A stretch of DNA of 64,000 bases from Oculina patagonica. Lineage: Eukaryota. The position numbers were made by a program, and so were the translations under genes. Under the pieces are notes generated by a model. The model did no database searches, was not told the origin of the DNA, and was given only the letters and a program-made list of their open reading frames with translations. Location: assembly GCF_052425735.1 (NCBI RefSeq), contig NC_135763.1, positions 14,260,001-14,324,000 of the forward strand, in the 5' to 3' direction. Shown here piece after piece: positions 37,576 through 49,745 of the stretch. Position 1 is the stretch's first letter. Each line of letters begins with the position of its first letter.

Positions 37576-40292
37576 TATATGTAATTGGACTACATGCTGT
37601 CCAATTTGGAGATAATTGGATGAGAAAAATTCCGAGGACAGCCAATTTGGCTGTTCAAGGAATTTTTCGAGTCCAATTATCTCCAAATTGGACAAGCATG
37701 TAGTCCTGTTACTTATTAATTATATAGCATCCTTAAACAAGTGAACCTGGCAAATCTTTGACCCCCAAAAAGAAAAAATATATATACAACATTTCTTTCC
37801 ATTTAATTTAATTTTTTTTTATTTTTATCTGCAGCATCATGTGTGACCCTAATTAAATTAGAGCAAACAGGAAAATATGAAAATGTTCCATTGAGAACTG
37901 TTGATCATGCTTATTTAAACATAGAATTAAAAAATTGACTGAAAAAAAAATGATTCATTTGGATCAAGAATGATATAAAATTTTCAAATGTACCATTTGA
38001 CACAAAATCAAATGGAGTCTATAAAATATTCAACAGCAAATTCAAGGCTGTACATATTCAATATATTTTAAGGCAGTTTTTACTGTAGAAATTTAAAAAC
38101 AAATAATATTAAACCTGACAACATTTAAATATGATCACACTGCAAAAGTTTGGCAGAAACAAGGCAATGTTGTAAAAACCTTTATAAAATAAGGTGTTTA
38201 AAATAGCAAATTGTATGCTGAACTTAATCCACATAATTGAAGTCACAACTTTCTGATCTGCTGAAGATTAATCCTCATCAGAATCTGATAGCACTCTCAG
38301 CATCTACCAGGGCTTTCTGGGACTTGGTGACACACTGGGGGGCACTGTAGATGGCCCAGGCATACCAGGGGCCCCAAATCCACCGTAGAAATTAACAGTT
38401 CCAGTGAAGTTGTTGTTCACAACAGTATTATGCAACTGAAGGGGAGGCTTGTTATTGGGCCCTTCATTAGGCTTATTTCCACTTAGAATATATGAGAGCT
38501 GCCTGCATTGATTCTCGTCGTCCCCTTCATACGAGTTGAGGCTGGTAATACTGCGGTGCCCAGTTACATCAATTATCTGGTCTCGGGGAACACCAGTACT
38601 TTTAAGCTTCTGTACGCACGTCTGGCGGCTTGAGTGGTTGGTGAATTTTTTCCTGTGGAAGCTGACAAGCCAGACCTCTTCGCCATGGATCTCATGATTT
38701 CCCCAATTCTTGTGTTCCCACATTCACTGTCGGCTGAACCACACTTCCCCCTTTGGCTTGGATATGGTGGTGAGGTAAAATGCACCATTGGTTTTCATGT
38801 CAGGAGGTCGTCTGTGTTTGAATAAAAATACTTATTTATGATCTACTGGGTAGACAAGTTCGAATTCTGGCATTTCAAAAGTCTGAAATATTTACACAGA
38901 GGAAAGAAATGGAAAAATTATTTGACGAGGTATTTTTAAAATTACATAATTTTTCTCCCAGACTTATCAATACAACAAATTTTAATTAAAAAATCCTAAT
39001 AAGAAAATAACAGCAGGAAAAATATTCCATTAAATAAAAAGAGAGGTATATGCTTCTGATTAAGGCCAACTAATTTTGATAAAGGACATTGTAAACATTG
39101 GACCATGCAGGTAGTGTTTCGATCGAATCACAGTGTGGCAACTAGGGTTTTTGTCATAGTTATGCTTCGCTATGCAGTAATTTATCAAAAGCGAAATTAT
39201 ATATCCCTAAATTGATTTAATTAACAACAACAATTACCTTTTAATCATCTCCTCAAACAACATGACAGGACATTTTTCATCCCCTGTTGCGAACATTTTG
39301 GGATGGATGGCCCTCTGCTTGACCCTCAGGCTTCCTTGCCTTGTTTTGGTCGGACCCTCACTAAATTTGACGTACTTTACACTGTTGTCTGGACTTGTAA
39401 TTATTTGAAAGTCCTCGATTTGCATCGAGTAGTGTTCTTGTCGTCCGCACAGCCTAAAGTGCTCCTTCAAATTCTTGAAGTTCACGTTAACTAACGTTTG
39501 TGCAGAGTGTTTTCCAAGCTCCCCAGCCTGCCATAGAAACTCTTCATCCTCTTTGCTCAGGGCGTTTGCTGCATTTTTCTTTTTACCGAACGCATTCTCC
39601 CGAAGTTGCTGTCTCGACTTGGCGAATTTTTAGTCGCCAAGGACGCTGTAATTCCGGCCGCTGTTCTTTAGGTGCCGGTCCAAGGAGCCTTGCATAACAG
39701 CAAGGCTATCAGGCTCGTATTCTTCTCCGCTTTTCTTCCTAATCTTGGCATAAAACTGGCAAAGGACGTCGTCAAGCTCGTCTTCGGGGATGTCCTCAAG
39801 CTTTCTCAATTCGCTTCGCTCCGTACGCCACAGGTCAAACACTTTAACCCAGTTGTTGGTGCTTTTTTGAGTGTTCTTGTTTTGGTTATTCTCCCTCATC
39901 TCGACCAAATCCGTAGGTCCAATCTCTGGAAACCTACATGTAGAAGGCAGAGAAGGCTCCATTCCAAAGTTTGGGAGTCCAAAAAGGTCGATAGAAAAGT
40001 CGGGAAAGTCGGCCATTATCAAAACAATCCTCGGTCGGTGAAGTGACTTTTGATGGTAGTGATAATAGCCGCATGCTGATTGGCATGTACTCTGTTCCCT
40101 TTTTTTCGTGACATTTGATTGGTTGTTGGAAAGTATTCAAATTTTTCTTTAATTGGACAGTTTTCTCAAAACTGAGCAAAACCCTTAAACAGAAAGTGTC
40201 CAATTTATTTTAAATTTGGACAGCTGTAAAAAATTAACAAAAAATCTATCTGTTGGCAATATAGGATTTACTGACAGCTATATAATTATATG
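37576..40292 (-). mobile_element. Crypton (tyrosine-recombinase DNA transposon) with both ends
   Basis: Absent from the paralogous site at about 30745. TATATG direct repeats at 37576-37581 and 40287-40292. About 130-nt terminal palindrome. Encodes a DUF3504-type recombinase. Confidence 0.9.
38304..40016 (-). pseudogene. Crypton tyrosine recombinase (DUF3504/ZMYM-QRICH1-like), two exons, disrupted
   Basis: NKNTQKSTNNW, RKKSGEEYEPDSL, GRQEH, EGPTKTRQG, CPV, TNHSSRQT, TGHRSITSLNSY. GT-AG intron at 38812-39237. Contains stops and a frameshift. Confidence 0.9.
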
Positions 40293-41189
40293 AGTAAACA
40301 CCCAAACGCCGTTTGATGACTCCACCAGTTCCTACTATTTGATTGGCAGAAACGTTTCTTAGCAGATTTTACGACAAGTGTAGAACAACTCTAACAGTGG
40401 CTGGTACTTGTCCCAGAAGGCCTTGGCTGTTGCCAGTTGGGAAACAATGTTTCTCGGTCACTTAAAGAACAACTTTTCATATTTTTGGATATGTTTGTGA
40501 CCTCATAAAGTAAAGCATTTAAGTTTTTAAACAACAGAAAAGGCAAGAAATATTTTGTTCAAGTTAACTGCTGTGATAACACAAAAATGCAGGTTTAATC
40601 GAAGAGTTCTGTGGTATAATATATATTTTTTAATTTCCTTACCTGCAAACAAATAGTAATGTAATTTACTATTTTTTTTTCTATGATAGGCCTGCCACTT
40701 GATGGTCACTTGACTTTTTTTCCCTGGAGAGTACTCTCCAAAGCTTCACTGGTGGATCCGCACCTTTTGGAAGTTTTTGATATTTTTTGGTTGGGAGCTT
40801 ATAATTTAAAACAATGTGTTGTTGACAAGTTTTGGTTACAGCTGCCATAATATTTTGATGTCAATAATACGTTTTTATATATTTTGCTTTTGTTTCCTGA
40901 CTAAAATGTTTCACCTTAATGCTCCATTTTTCCTACTTAAATGCACGGAAAATACTTATGACACAAAGGGTTTATTAATTATTTTAACTGTTAACACTTA
41001 CGAAAGTTTTGCAAGTAACAGCAACCACATATTCAAGGTCATAACAACAGCAAAAAAAAACATAATCCTCGAAATTATTTGCAAGGCTAAGTAAGGAAAG
41101 TAGTTGACTATCCCTAGAAATTAATTAAAATCTTCTAAGAAGTGTTCTTGTTGATTGTTGAATTTTGTAGAAATGAAAAAAAAAAACCT

Positions 41190-41465
41190 CTTTCAGATGC
41201 CAACAGGCATAGAGTAGAGTAAACTTTTTCAATTAAACCATCATTCTCTGGGTGATAAGTTAACATGTTTACATTGCAAATTTGAAAAATCCTGCAAGTT
41301 TCAGCTAGTAGTTTTAAAAGTAAGTTCTTTCCTCTAAAACAAAAGCAGCACTTTAGAACCACATTCTTAGCAATGATTTCATCAACCAACAGGCGAGCAA
41401 TTACAGAAGCTTCAGTATCAAAACTGCAAATGCCTCGCACCAAAAGGTTAGATAATGGCTAAAAA
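41190..41465 (-). pseudogene. Gypsy integrase remnant, third copy
   Basis: ARLLVDEIIAKN...TYHPENDGLIEKVYSTLCLLASE. Confidence 0.8.
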
Positions 41466-43285
41466 CTGTTGTAAATGTTTCTTTGGTTTCTAAGACTGTG
41501 CTTGCAAACAAAACAAACATGCGCAAGAGATTCAATCAGCGTTGATTCGGCACTTTCCATGGAAGAATGAAGTGCTCTACCAGCACATGCCTTCATTAAT
41601 CGTGCAGGGAAAACTAAGTACTCTTTGAAAAGCAAAGAGGTATTTGGAGAATGATTTAGATGAATTAAAAGGCATGCTATTTCTGTTGATAAAAAATGTA
41701 GTCGCGAATGTCCTGTCTGGGAAGCAGTTTTGGTCTCGAGGCCCTTTTGTATTCCCTTAGGTGATAGGTGATTACCTATCATGACCTTTCTACCATGTTC
41801 GTCCCTTACCATGAAAAATTTTTGAAGCCATTTTCAATAAAACACAGTTTCTTTCCTTGAGAAAACGATGATGTTCCTGCATGGTATGCGCTTTACTGAC
41901 TCCTGAAGCTTGCTCTCTTTCACTTCTTTTAGAAGCCGAAAGGGTTCTGAGTTCTTTGGCTCAGCTTGGATTGACAGAAAACAGAAGCAGCAACATTGTG
42001 ACGTCTATATGCAGTCGTGCCTTGATAGCACCTGAGGCCCCTTCCTACTTACTGAACAGTTTTCTAACAGTTTGAAAGCAGTTTCACAATTGGCATGCTT
42101 TTTTCAAAGACTTGCACCTTCTCCAACTGACTTCGCAATGCATGAAGTTGGTGGACAGCCTCTACATCTTTTTAGTCCTTACGGCTCTGATCTAAGTGAA
42201 TATACTTGGCAGAAATTAAAAGCGAGTGAATATAGTGAGCGGCTGTGGACTTCTGGACCACCTTTTGGTTTGCAAGTAATGCAACAATGATTCTACCAAT
42301 GCCATGTCATCTACTAGGGCCAGTGCAGGTTTCCGATTTAACTCCTTCAAGGTGCAACTAAAGAATGTGACAAGTCGTTCCATGTGCTTCGCCCAAGTTG
42401 AATCAGTCATCATGGGTGTGCGTCTCCTGTAGTTAAGTATAGAAAGTTTTCATCTCATTTATTTCCATGATGACAGTTTTGAACGGGATGCAGTCTTATT
42501 TTCGTTTCTTCAACAGCAGAGCAACCTTGTTGCCATTTTCTTCATGTGGAAAGTTGCCTTTGACATGTGACCCAACGCTGTCTTCGTCTTCGTCACCGTC
42601 ATAGCTCGAACATTCTTCTTCCTGTGGTGGAAATTCTGACTCATCCTCGTTTCCACTTTCAGCACACTCTGGGATTTCAAGAGCCTCGGTCAAAAAAAGG
42701 TTTTTTGCTTGCGACACTAGCAGCAGTTGGGTGTGTTGGTTTCGTGATCTCGTCAATCGAAAACCTGTTTTTTTTTGCCTTTTTCTGGCAATCTATTTTG
42801 ACTAAAGACACTGTCAAAAAGGAAAGCTGATAATTTGCTAAGCCTTGCCTGTCGACTGATCCCTTTTAACTTTCATAACAGCACTATTGCATTCAGTTGT
42901 CTTAAAATGGACCCTATTCTCAAATGGAATAGAACTACAACTTTCAATAAACTTTGTGCTTTCATTTTAAGCACGTGATTGGTGATTAGCTTGCAGTACT
43001 AATACGTCTCGCTTAGTAATTAGTGAAATTACTTTATAACTAGCTAGTTGTGGTCTGGCCTTTCTGACCTTCTTTTGAATGTTTGTAGGGCATCTGACTA
43101 GATAAATTCGTAATGCTTGCATGAAGGATTTTATTGTTTGTCTCGGCGTTCCACTGAAGACTTTCTTGCATACTTCTATGAAAGCATGGTACATCTTGCC
43201 ATCGTTGTCTAACACTGTAAACAATGTTTCGATCGGGTCGCTGCTCTCTCGGTCAACAGTAGCATAGGGTGCGTCCTCAGTTACC
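41466..43285 (-). pseudogene. Tyrosine recombinase with N-terminal Ski/Sno/Dachshund-like domain, disrupted
   Basis: N-terminal QTIKSFMQALRIYLVRCP...SLITKRDVLVL, then an acidic linker and a helical domain. Catalytic motifs: FSVNPS*AKELRTL (Arg codon now TGA), FINRNSMPF, TINE.RHVLVEHF, ESLAH...KHSLRNQRNIY. Confidence 0.65.
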
Positions 43286-43785
43286 TAATAATTGTAAGTA
43301 AAAATGCTACCGAATAAGCACTTAAGCCATTTGCAAACATTTGTTTTAAATAAATTCTCAAGCCTTGAGAAAATGAATATGTAATGTGAATGAAAATAAC
43401 TGGATCTCTGCCGACCTCAAACCTGATGGAGAGCAAGTTTAAATCACCGACTTTGAACTGTCGCCCAAATTTAAAGCAACCAAATTAAATGGCTGTGGTT
43501 TGAAATATGCTTGAGAATCTCTAATGTTCTCAAACTGACCCTTGTTGAGATAGGGGGTCGAGGGGTGAGGGAGGGGTACACTCACACGAGTCCATGTACC
43601 TGTTACATTTAAATTAATTTTCGTCCAAATACACAACTGTTCATAACTTTTGACAAAGCGATTTGGGTTAGGGATTTTTCTTTAATCAACATGACGCTTA
43701 AACACTTCAGCCATTTAACAGATCGATTTCCACACCAAAATTAATTCGATTTGTAAAAAGAAATAAATAGGTGAATAAATAAATA

Positions 43786-46207
43786 AACAAGACGCCTAAA
43801 GCTTAATGCTTAAAACCGGGCGGTTGATGTTTAACAAGTACAGCAAAAACTTTTAAAATACCATTTAATTTATATTGAGTAACACGCAAGTCTGTGGATT
43901 GCTTGTCCATGCTTGGACAAATACCTGCTTAGGCTTTCAAATTTTTATTTTTCTTCCGAATACTGAATAACGTAGGTATTGAAAACGTTTTGTGTGCAAT
44001 CTTGAATAAATGAACTCAAACCAGTTAAATGGCAGTACAAATGATCTCCGACCGAAACAAACAAACAAACAATTTCGTTAAAAACTAAGACGTGTTTTTA
44101 CATGTAAACATTTTTAAAAAGGTACCACACCAAAAAAATGGGAATAAGAACAAGATAAGAAAGCTTTTCAGCTTTCAAACATGCAAGCTCTTTACGTCAA
44201 TTTTGGGAAGCAGTCACGCAAACGCAAGTTCTTGATTGCGTGATTCATTGCAGGTCATTTCTCCATCGCCGTTCGGTTCCGACTGAAACTCAAAACCCTT
44301 GAATGAAAAACAAAAAATATATATTTTATATTCCTCGCTAAAAAGAGCGGAGTAACCAGAAAATTACAGTATTGGCTCCTGCTCGAATAAAACGAGTAAC
44401 ATAAATAATAAAAAAAACGAATAAAACGAGTCAAATATCAAGAATAACAGAAAAATTTCTAAACAAAATTACAAAAGAAAATAAAAAGACTAAAAAAGGG
44501 CATGCATTAGACCACATGTATTAGATAACAGATGCTGTTAAAAATCTCAAGTAAATGTGAAAAAAAAGATTCAAGATGAGGCGAAGAAACATTTGAATTG
44601 CATTAAAAATTTTGAATCCTTAAAAGCCGTGAAAATACTGATGCCGTGATAAAATAATTAATTATACGCGCCGAAGGGCAAGTTTTCATTTTTGCCGTCT
44701 ATTATTTCACACGATGGCTTTACCGATTTACATTCCATTCTAGTTTGAAGAAATTATTATATTATTACTTTGCATTTCCATTTTGTTTTATGAGTTCTTG
44801 AAAAGTGTGCAAGTAAAGTTTTTACATCAAGAACAAAATAAGGTTCTTTTGTTGTGTAAACATTCAATTCGTCTGTGACACACGACTTTGTCGGCCCAAC
44901 TGTACACGGATGGAAATAGACAAAATGGACACAATTCTTGCTAAATGAAAAGCATCTTCAAAGTAGAGTCTGGAGCCGTTTTTAAATGCAGGAGCTTGCT
45001 GCAAAAACATTGCGTGACTGATGTAAAAAAAGCTTCGACCTCAGCGACCTGTCGAAACAATCACCGGTTTCGGACTCCAGAACTCGCTTGAGTCGAACCC
45101 TTGAATAAAAACACAAAAATATATCTTTCACGTTTAACAGAAATCGGGGTATTAGATAAAATTTTAATTGCTCCTGCTGAGTAAATATCAAAAGTGCGGT
45201 ATCTAAATCCTGGCCAAGAAAGCGGCCGAGTGAACTACTACGACAAATAACGCAAATATGTAAACATCAACATGGTGCCTCAATCTATAAATAGATGCCG
45301 TGTTCGTTTCAAAAGCCTAAAAAGGCAACTATTAAATACAAACGTGAAAAAATAAAAAAGAAACATGAAAACGTTTTAGATGAATTTTAATTCAAGATGG
45401 GGTCAAGAAACATTTTAAAAGGCAAAAAGATTTAGAAAATTTCAAAAACGTGAAATTTGCATGCCGTGGTAGAATTTAATTACTGTACATGTATAAAATT
45501 ACCCGCGCCAAGATTTCATTTTCATTTTGCAGACCATTTGTTTTACTTGCTGGCTTTGCGGATCCCTTCACAAATACCATCATAGTTCGTAGAAATACTA
45601 TACATTACCATTTTGTTGACTGAAGTCTTGGGAAGTGTGTAAGTAAAGCTTTTACATCAAGAACAAAAATAAGATTATTTCGCTGTGCAAACATTCAATC
45701 GTCTCTGATATGCGACTTTGCCGGCTCAACTGTACACGGATGAAAATGGACACAATTTTTTCTATTAAATGAAGAGCATCTTCAAAGTAATCCGGCTCAA
45801 AAATTCTCTGGCTACCAGCCCTTTTTTAAAAGCAGTTATGCGTGAAGCTTGCTGCAAAATCATTGCGTGACTGACGTAGCAGTTTTCAAAAAAAAAAAAA
45901 TAATAATTGCTTGGACGTGTCAAAAAAATCACCGGTTTCGCAAACCAGTACTCAAACACTTGAATAACACAAAAATATATATTTCACGCTTAAGAGAATT
46001 GAGGGTATTAGATAAAATTTAAAATAGGAGAGTGATTTAATAGCTTCTGCCGAGTAAACATCAAGGGTGCGTGATTTGAATCCTGGCCAAGAAAGTGGCC
46101 GAGCGGGTCTGGAACGATTTACCGACAAGACTACTACTACTACGACGACGAAAAAATTCCGGGCGATTTATGAACCGGGCCGGCCCAGTCTCCCCGCCCG
46201 GTTAATA
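43786..46207 (-). mobile_element. Helentron-associated non-autonomous element (HINE/DINE-like) with large internal tandem repeats
   Basis: On the minus strand: 5' TTATTAACCGGGCGG subTIR with nearby inverted GCCCGGTT, then a (GTC/GTA)n microsatellite, then about 2.5 units of 0.8-0.9 kb, then the 3' subTIR CCGCCCGGTT, an AAGCATTAAGCTT hairpin and TCTTGTT. Confidence 0.7.
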
Positions 46208-46214
46208 AAAATTA

Positions 46215-46900
46215 ACCTATGCGAGACTTTGCATTTTTAAATAAAATCTTTTTAACGGCGTTGATAAAAGGGGCATATGAAGTGATGTTTCTAATGTTTG
46301 CTGGCCATTGAAACTAGTTGCGGCCATATGTTGAAAGGTATCCGCCTCTCTTGGAACTGACAGTTTATAAGCTGTAACTGAGTGTACATCCAAACGTTGG
46401 TAGTCCAGCCAGTGATTGTTTTGTTGTACTTTGAATGTCATTTTTAGGAGATTTAACTCCCTTCTTTCTCACACCGGTAGCCATTTCAAACTTATTAATA
46501 CATCGTTAACAGTTGCGAATTTCCCCAACACAAAAGCGGCGCATGCATTCTGCACACGTTGCAGGCGTTTTAGCATGTACTCTGGTATAGGGTTATATAC
46601 GATAGCACAGTAGTCAAGTTTTGATAATACCAGAATTTCAGCCAACTGTTTTCTTAATGAGAAAGAAGCTAAATTTATTAATTTTATTAAGACTGCTAGA
46701 CTGCCATAACAATAAGATACTGTCTTTGGTACATGTACGTGTTCACTCCACGATAGGTGATTGTCTAAGTTAATCCCTAACAGTTTAGTTTGGCGAGTAC
46801 GATCTAATGTAGCTCTGTGAGCTTCGGTAAGATGCAATGGCCTTAATGAATGTACACGACTCATCTGTGCAGTAGACGCCAACATCCAATTTGTTTTAGC
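46215..46900 (-). pseudogene. L2/CR1 LINE ORF2 C-terminal remnant
   Basis: KLLGINLDNHLSWSEHV...LVLSKLDYCAIVY...LQRVQNACAAFV...LKWLPV. Confidence 0.9.
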
Positions 46901-46919
46901 TTTATTTAGTGAAGATATC

Positions 46920-47790
46920 ATCTCTGACTTTTTCCAGGTGCCGGGGACTGGATTCCTAAATGCCTGGGAAAGTTTCTTGAGTTTCTCATCGGTACTTTCT
47001 GCTTCCAGGCTAAACAATAATTCTTCAATGCTTCCAAGCAATGCAAAGAGAAAGCTTTCTTCTCTTTAGAATTCTTCTGGATGGGCAGACCCTTCCAACT
47101 CATACTCAAGTAACACCTTATCTAAGCTTTCTGTACTTTCTTCCTGTGTATATTTCATTCTTCTCCGATCCAGCTCCCAGAGGAATATTGGAAAGACAGC
47201 ACTTTTCAATGTGCCGCTTATTATTGAGGCAATCGATTTCGTGTAGTGCACTAGCTGTGAGAACGTCTTCATCGTTGCTTCAAGTCATTCCATTTAAGCA
47301 GAAACCGCTTCAAATTGTCTAGCATTTCATGCAAACTTGGGGTTTCCTGCTTTCTTTCCTTTTCTTTGTCGTTGTCCTCTTGAAACACGTTGACAAAGTC
47401 CGAGACACTCACACATGAATTTGTTAAAAAATGCTTCTGCCAATTCGGTATCTTCTGGATAACTTGATATTGCATGAAACAAATCAAGTTTGACAGGAAT
47501 TTCTTGTCCAAAAACCTTTCAATTTTCTTGCGTACTTGGCAACAGTTACCACGAATGTTGCTTCAACAAGAACACCTTGTTTATCCAGCCTCACTTTTAA
47601 ACCTTTCAGCAAATTTTCGACATGATCAAACGACGTTCCTTTTGTCAATTTACCAGACTACTACTTGCCCTTTCTCCTTTAGGATACAAAAAAGAGAATC
47701 GTATTGCGTAACCTACTTGTTGTCAGCAAATGCACGCCGATGTTTGCGGCAACCCTCGTCTGACCACTTTTGTTTGTTGGATGTGCTAAT
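46920..47790 (-). pseudogene. Zisupton/KDZ-related transposase remnant
   Basis: Across frameshifts: VAANIG, VTQYDSLFCILKEKGQVVVW, NCCQVRKK, VKLDLFHAI (DxxH), HIEKCCLSNIPLGAGSEKNE. Confidence 0.6.
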
Positions 47791-49459
47791 AGTTATACAG
47801 GAAGGCCCCTCTTGCAACATTAGCCAATTCTCAACCTGCTTAACGGGTAGCTGTTTCGGATCTTGCCGTGCCTCGTTTTAACGTAAATTTCTTAGATAAT
47901 CTACAGTCTTTTTAACCATGCCTTAAACTTTCTATAGTTCAGCTTATTTGGCATCTTTTTGCATTGTTTCTTTTTCCACAGTCACACCCTCTTTGTCTTC
48001 CGCTTTGTTCAAGGGCTGGCCGTTTGACGACTTGTCTGCAAATTGCTGTATTGTCTCGGCTGCCCGAGATGCTTCACTGAATTCGGTTGAAAGGCTTGGC
48101 GCTTTAGCACAAGAGTTGCTTATCCCGTTCCCTACAGCCACGTCCTGTTTGTCTACTTGTTTGTGCAAGGGCTGACCGTTTGAAGACCTGTCTGTGAATT
48201 GCTTTTTTGTCCGGGCTGCCCAAGAAGCAGTCAGATCTTCTCGCAAGTAAAGTAAATCGCAGTTTTTTTTGTGATGCTCATGGCAATGAGTACCCCACTC
48301 ATCAACGTCTGCTCCAACTGTCTTGTTTTCTTGCAGTATTGTAATTATGAATTTATGAATGTTGGTGGCTCTGACCCGCAAGTCCGATCATACCCCACTT
48401 CGGAGCCACATCTCTGGCAGCCTTCTATTGATTGTACCATTTGTAAATCGCTTGCCAGAGCTTTGCAAGAACAGGTAATCATCCCGTGGACTGGGAAAAT
48501 ACGGGTAATCTTTTCCACATAGACAGTAGTTCTACCAGTTCGAAGCTGACTGAGCTTCTTGAATACTTTAATTAATAGTTGACCAACGTGCTCTGCATCA
48601 AAAGGCATCTGATGGTGTTTCAGGTACTTGTTCAGTTCTTACCAATACTAGTATGGGTACAAAGTTGCCCAAGCTTTGACCAGAGATGCTGTGGAAGAAA
48701 TCATCTATCCTTTGACAGACGATGCAATTAATCTGAGTGGACTAGAAGATCTGACGTCTAGATCGAGTTATTATCAAGGGTCTGAATTATCTACTAAAAC
48801 AGCAAAGTCTTTAATTTGGGGCAGTTACGTAAATCAAAAGCTACCTGTCACACTCCCATCCAAGCTTGGACTGAAATCCTTTAACAGCATTAATTTAAGG
48901 GCTTTGTCACTGATTTTACAGTTTTTTTGAACAGCCAAAAAATATATTTGCATCGTAGAAAGCCTAACAATTGCCATGTTGGAGCACCGAAAATATGCTT
49001 ATAAACTCTTCTGATCCCCCTGCTGTGATTCGAAATTTTTTGTCCCCCTCCCCACTCTATTTGTTCTTACATTTTTCCCCCTCCCCACTCTAAACAGGCG
49101 ACCAACTTTTTTGCCACCTTTTTTGTTTCCTGTTGTTTGCGGGTGAATCTTCGGCCGTCATCATCAAGAATGCAATACCTTTAGCAAAGATTGTGTAAAA
49201 ACGAATCAAAACACTGCATGGATCAAGTCCGCTGAAGAAAGATACAGGAACCTGATGCAAGGTACCGACCTGTACTGAATAGCTGAGCCTGAACTTATTA
49301 CAGAGAATTTCATGATGTTTATAAACTTAAGCTTACTTTCTGAGCGCAGTTTCGATAGATTCTGTTTAGATCTTTCCGTAACTTAAGCTTTCAGTCTCTT
49401 TAATTGTGATGTGAAGTACATTTAAGCTTACGCTTACATGTCAGTTAATTTTTTTTGTT

Positions 49460-49745
49460 CCCCTGAGTTGGTTTTATTTGCTATGGATTTACCGATTATC
49501 TATTGCCGCAAGTTGATTTTTTTTGGCCGCCAATAAAGTCGAATTCTAATCCTTTAGCGGCTGTGAGAGTTTATTTCTTATTGCTGTGAGTTTATTCCCA
49601 CTTTTAGCCTTACATTTTTCTCGGCTGAAGAAATTCATACAGTATAAGTGACGTCTTTCGAAGTGCTAAACGACGATAAAGCAAAAAGCTCGAACAAAAT
49701 AAATTTATTTAAACTAAACCTGCTCTGAAAAAAACATGTTTACCC
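49460..49745 (+). repeat. Dispersed repeat (second copy at 63718-64000)
   Basis: CCCTGAGTTGGTTTTATTTGCTATGG...AACATGTTTACCC; high identity between the two copies. Confidence 0.85.

Larger units (their letters stand above)
35210..41465 (+). repeat. Segmental duplication, copy B (includes the second Sola1 remnant at 35210-36270 and the Crypton insertion)
   Basis: See copy A at 26501-31868. Confidence 0.9.

Noticed and set aside
38304-40016. Host ZMYM/QRICH1/KCTD1-type gene
   Set aside because: It retains catalytic YR motifs, is absent from the paralogous empty site and has Crypton-type terminal repeats.
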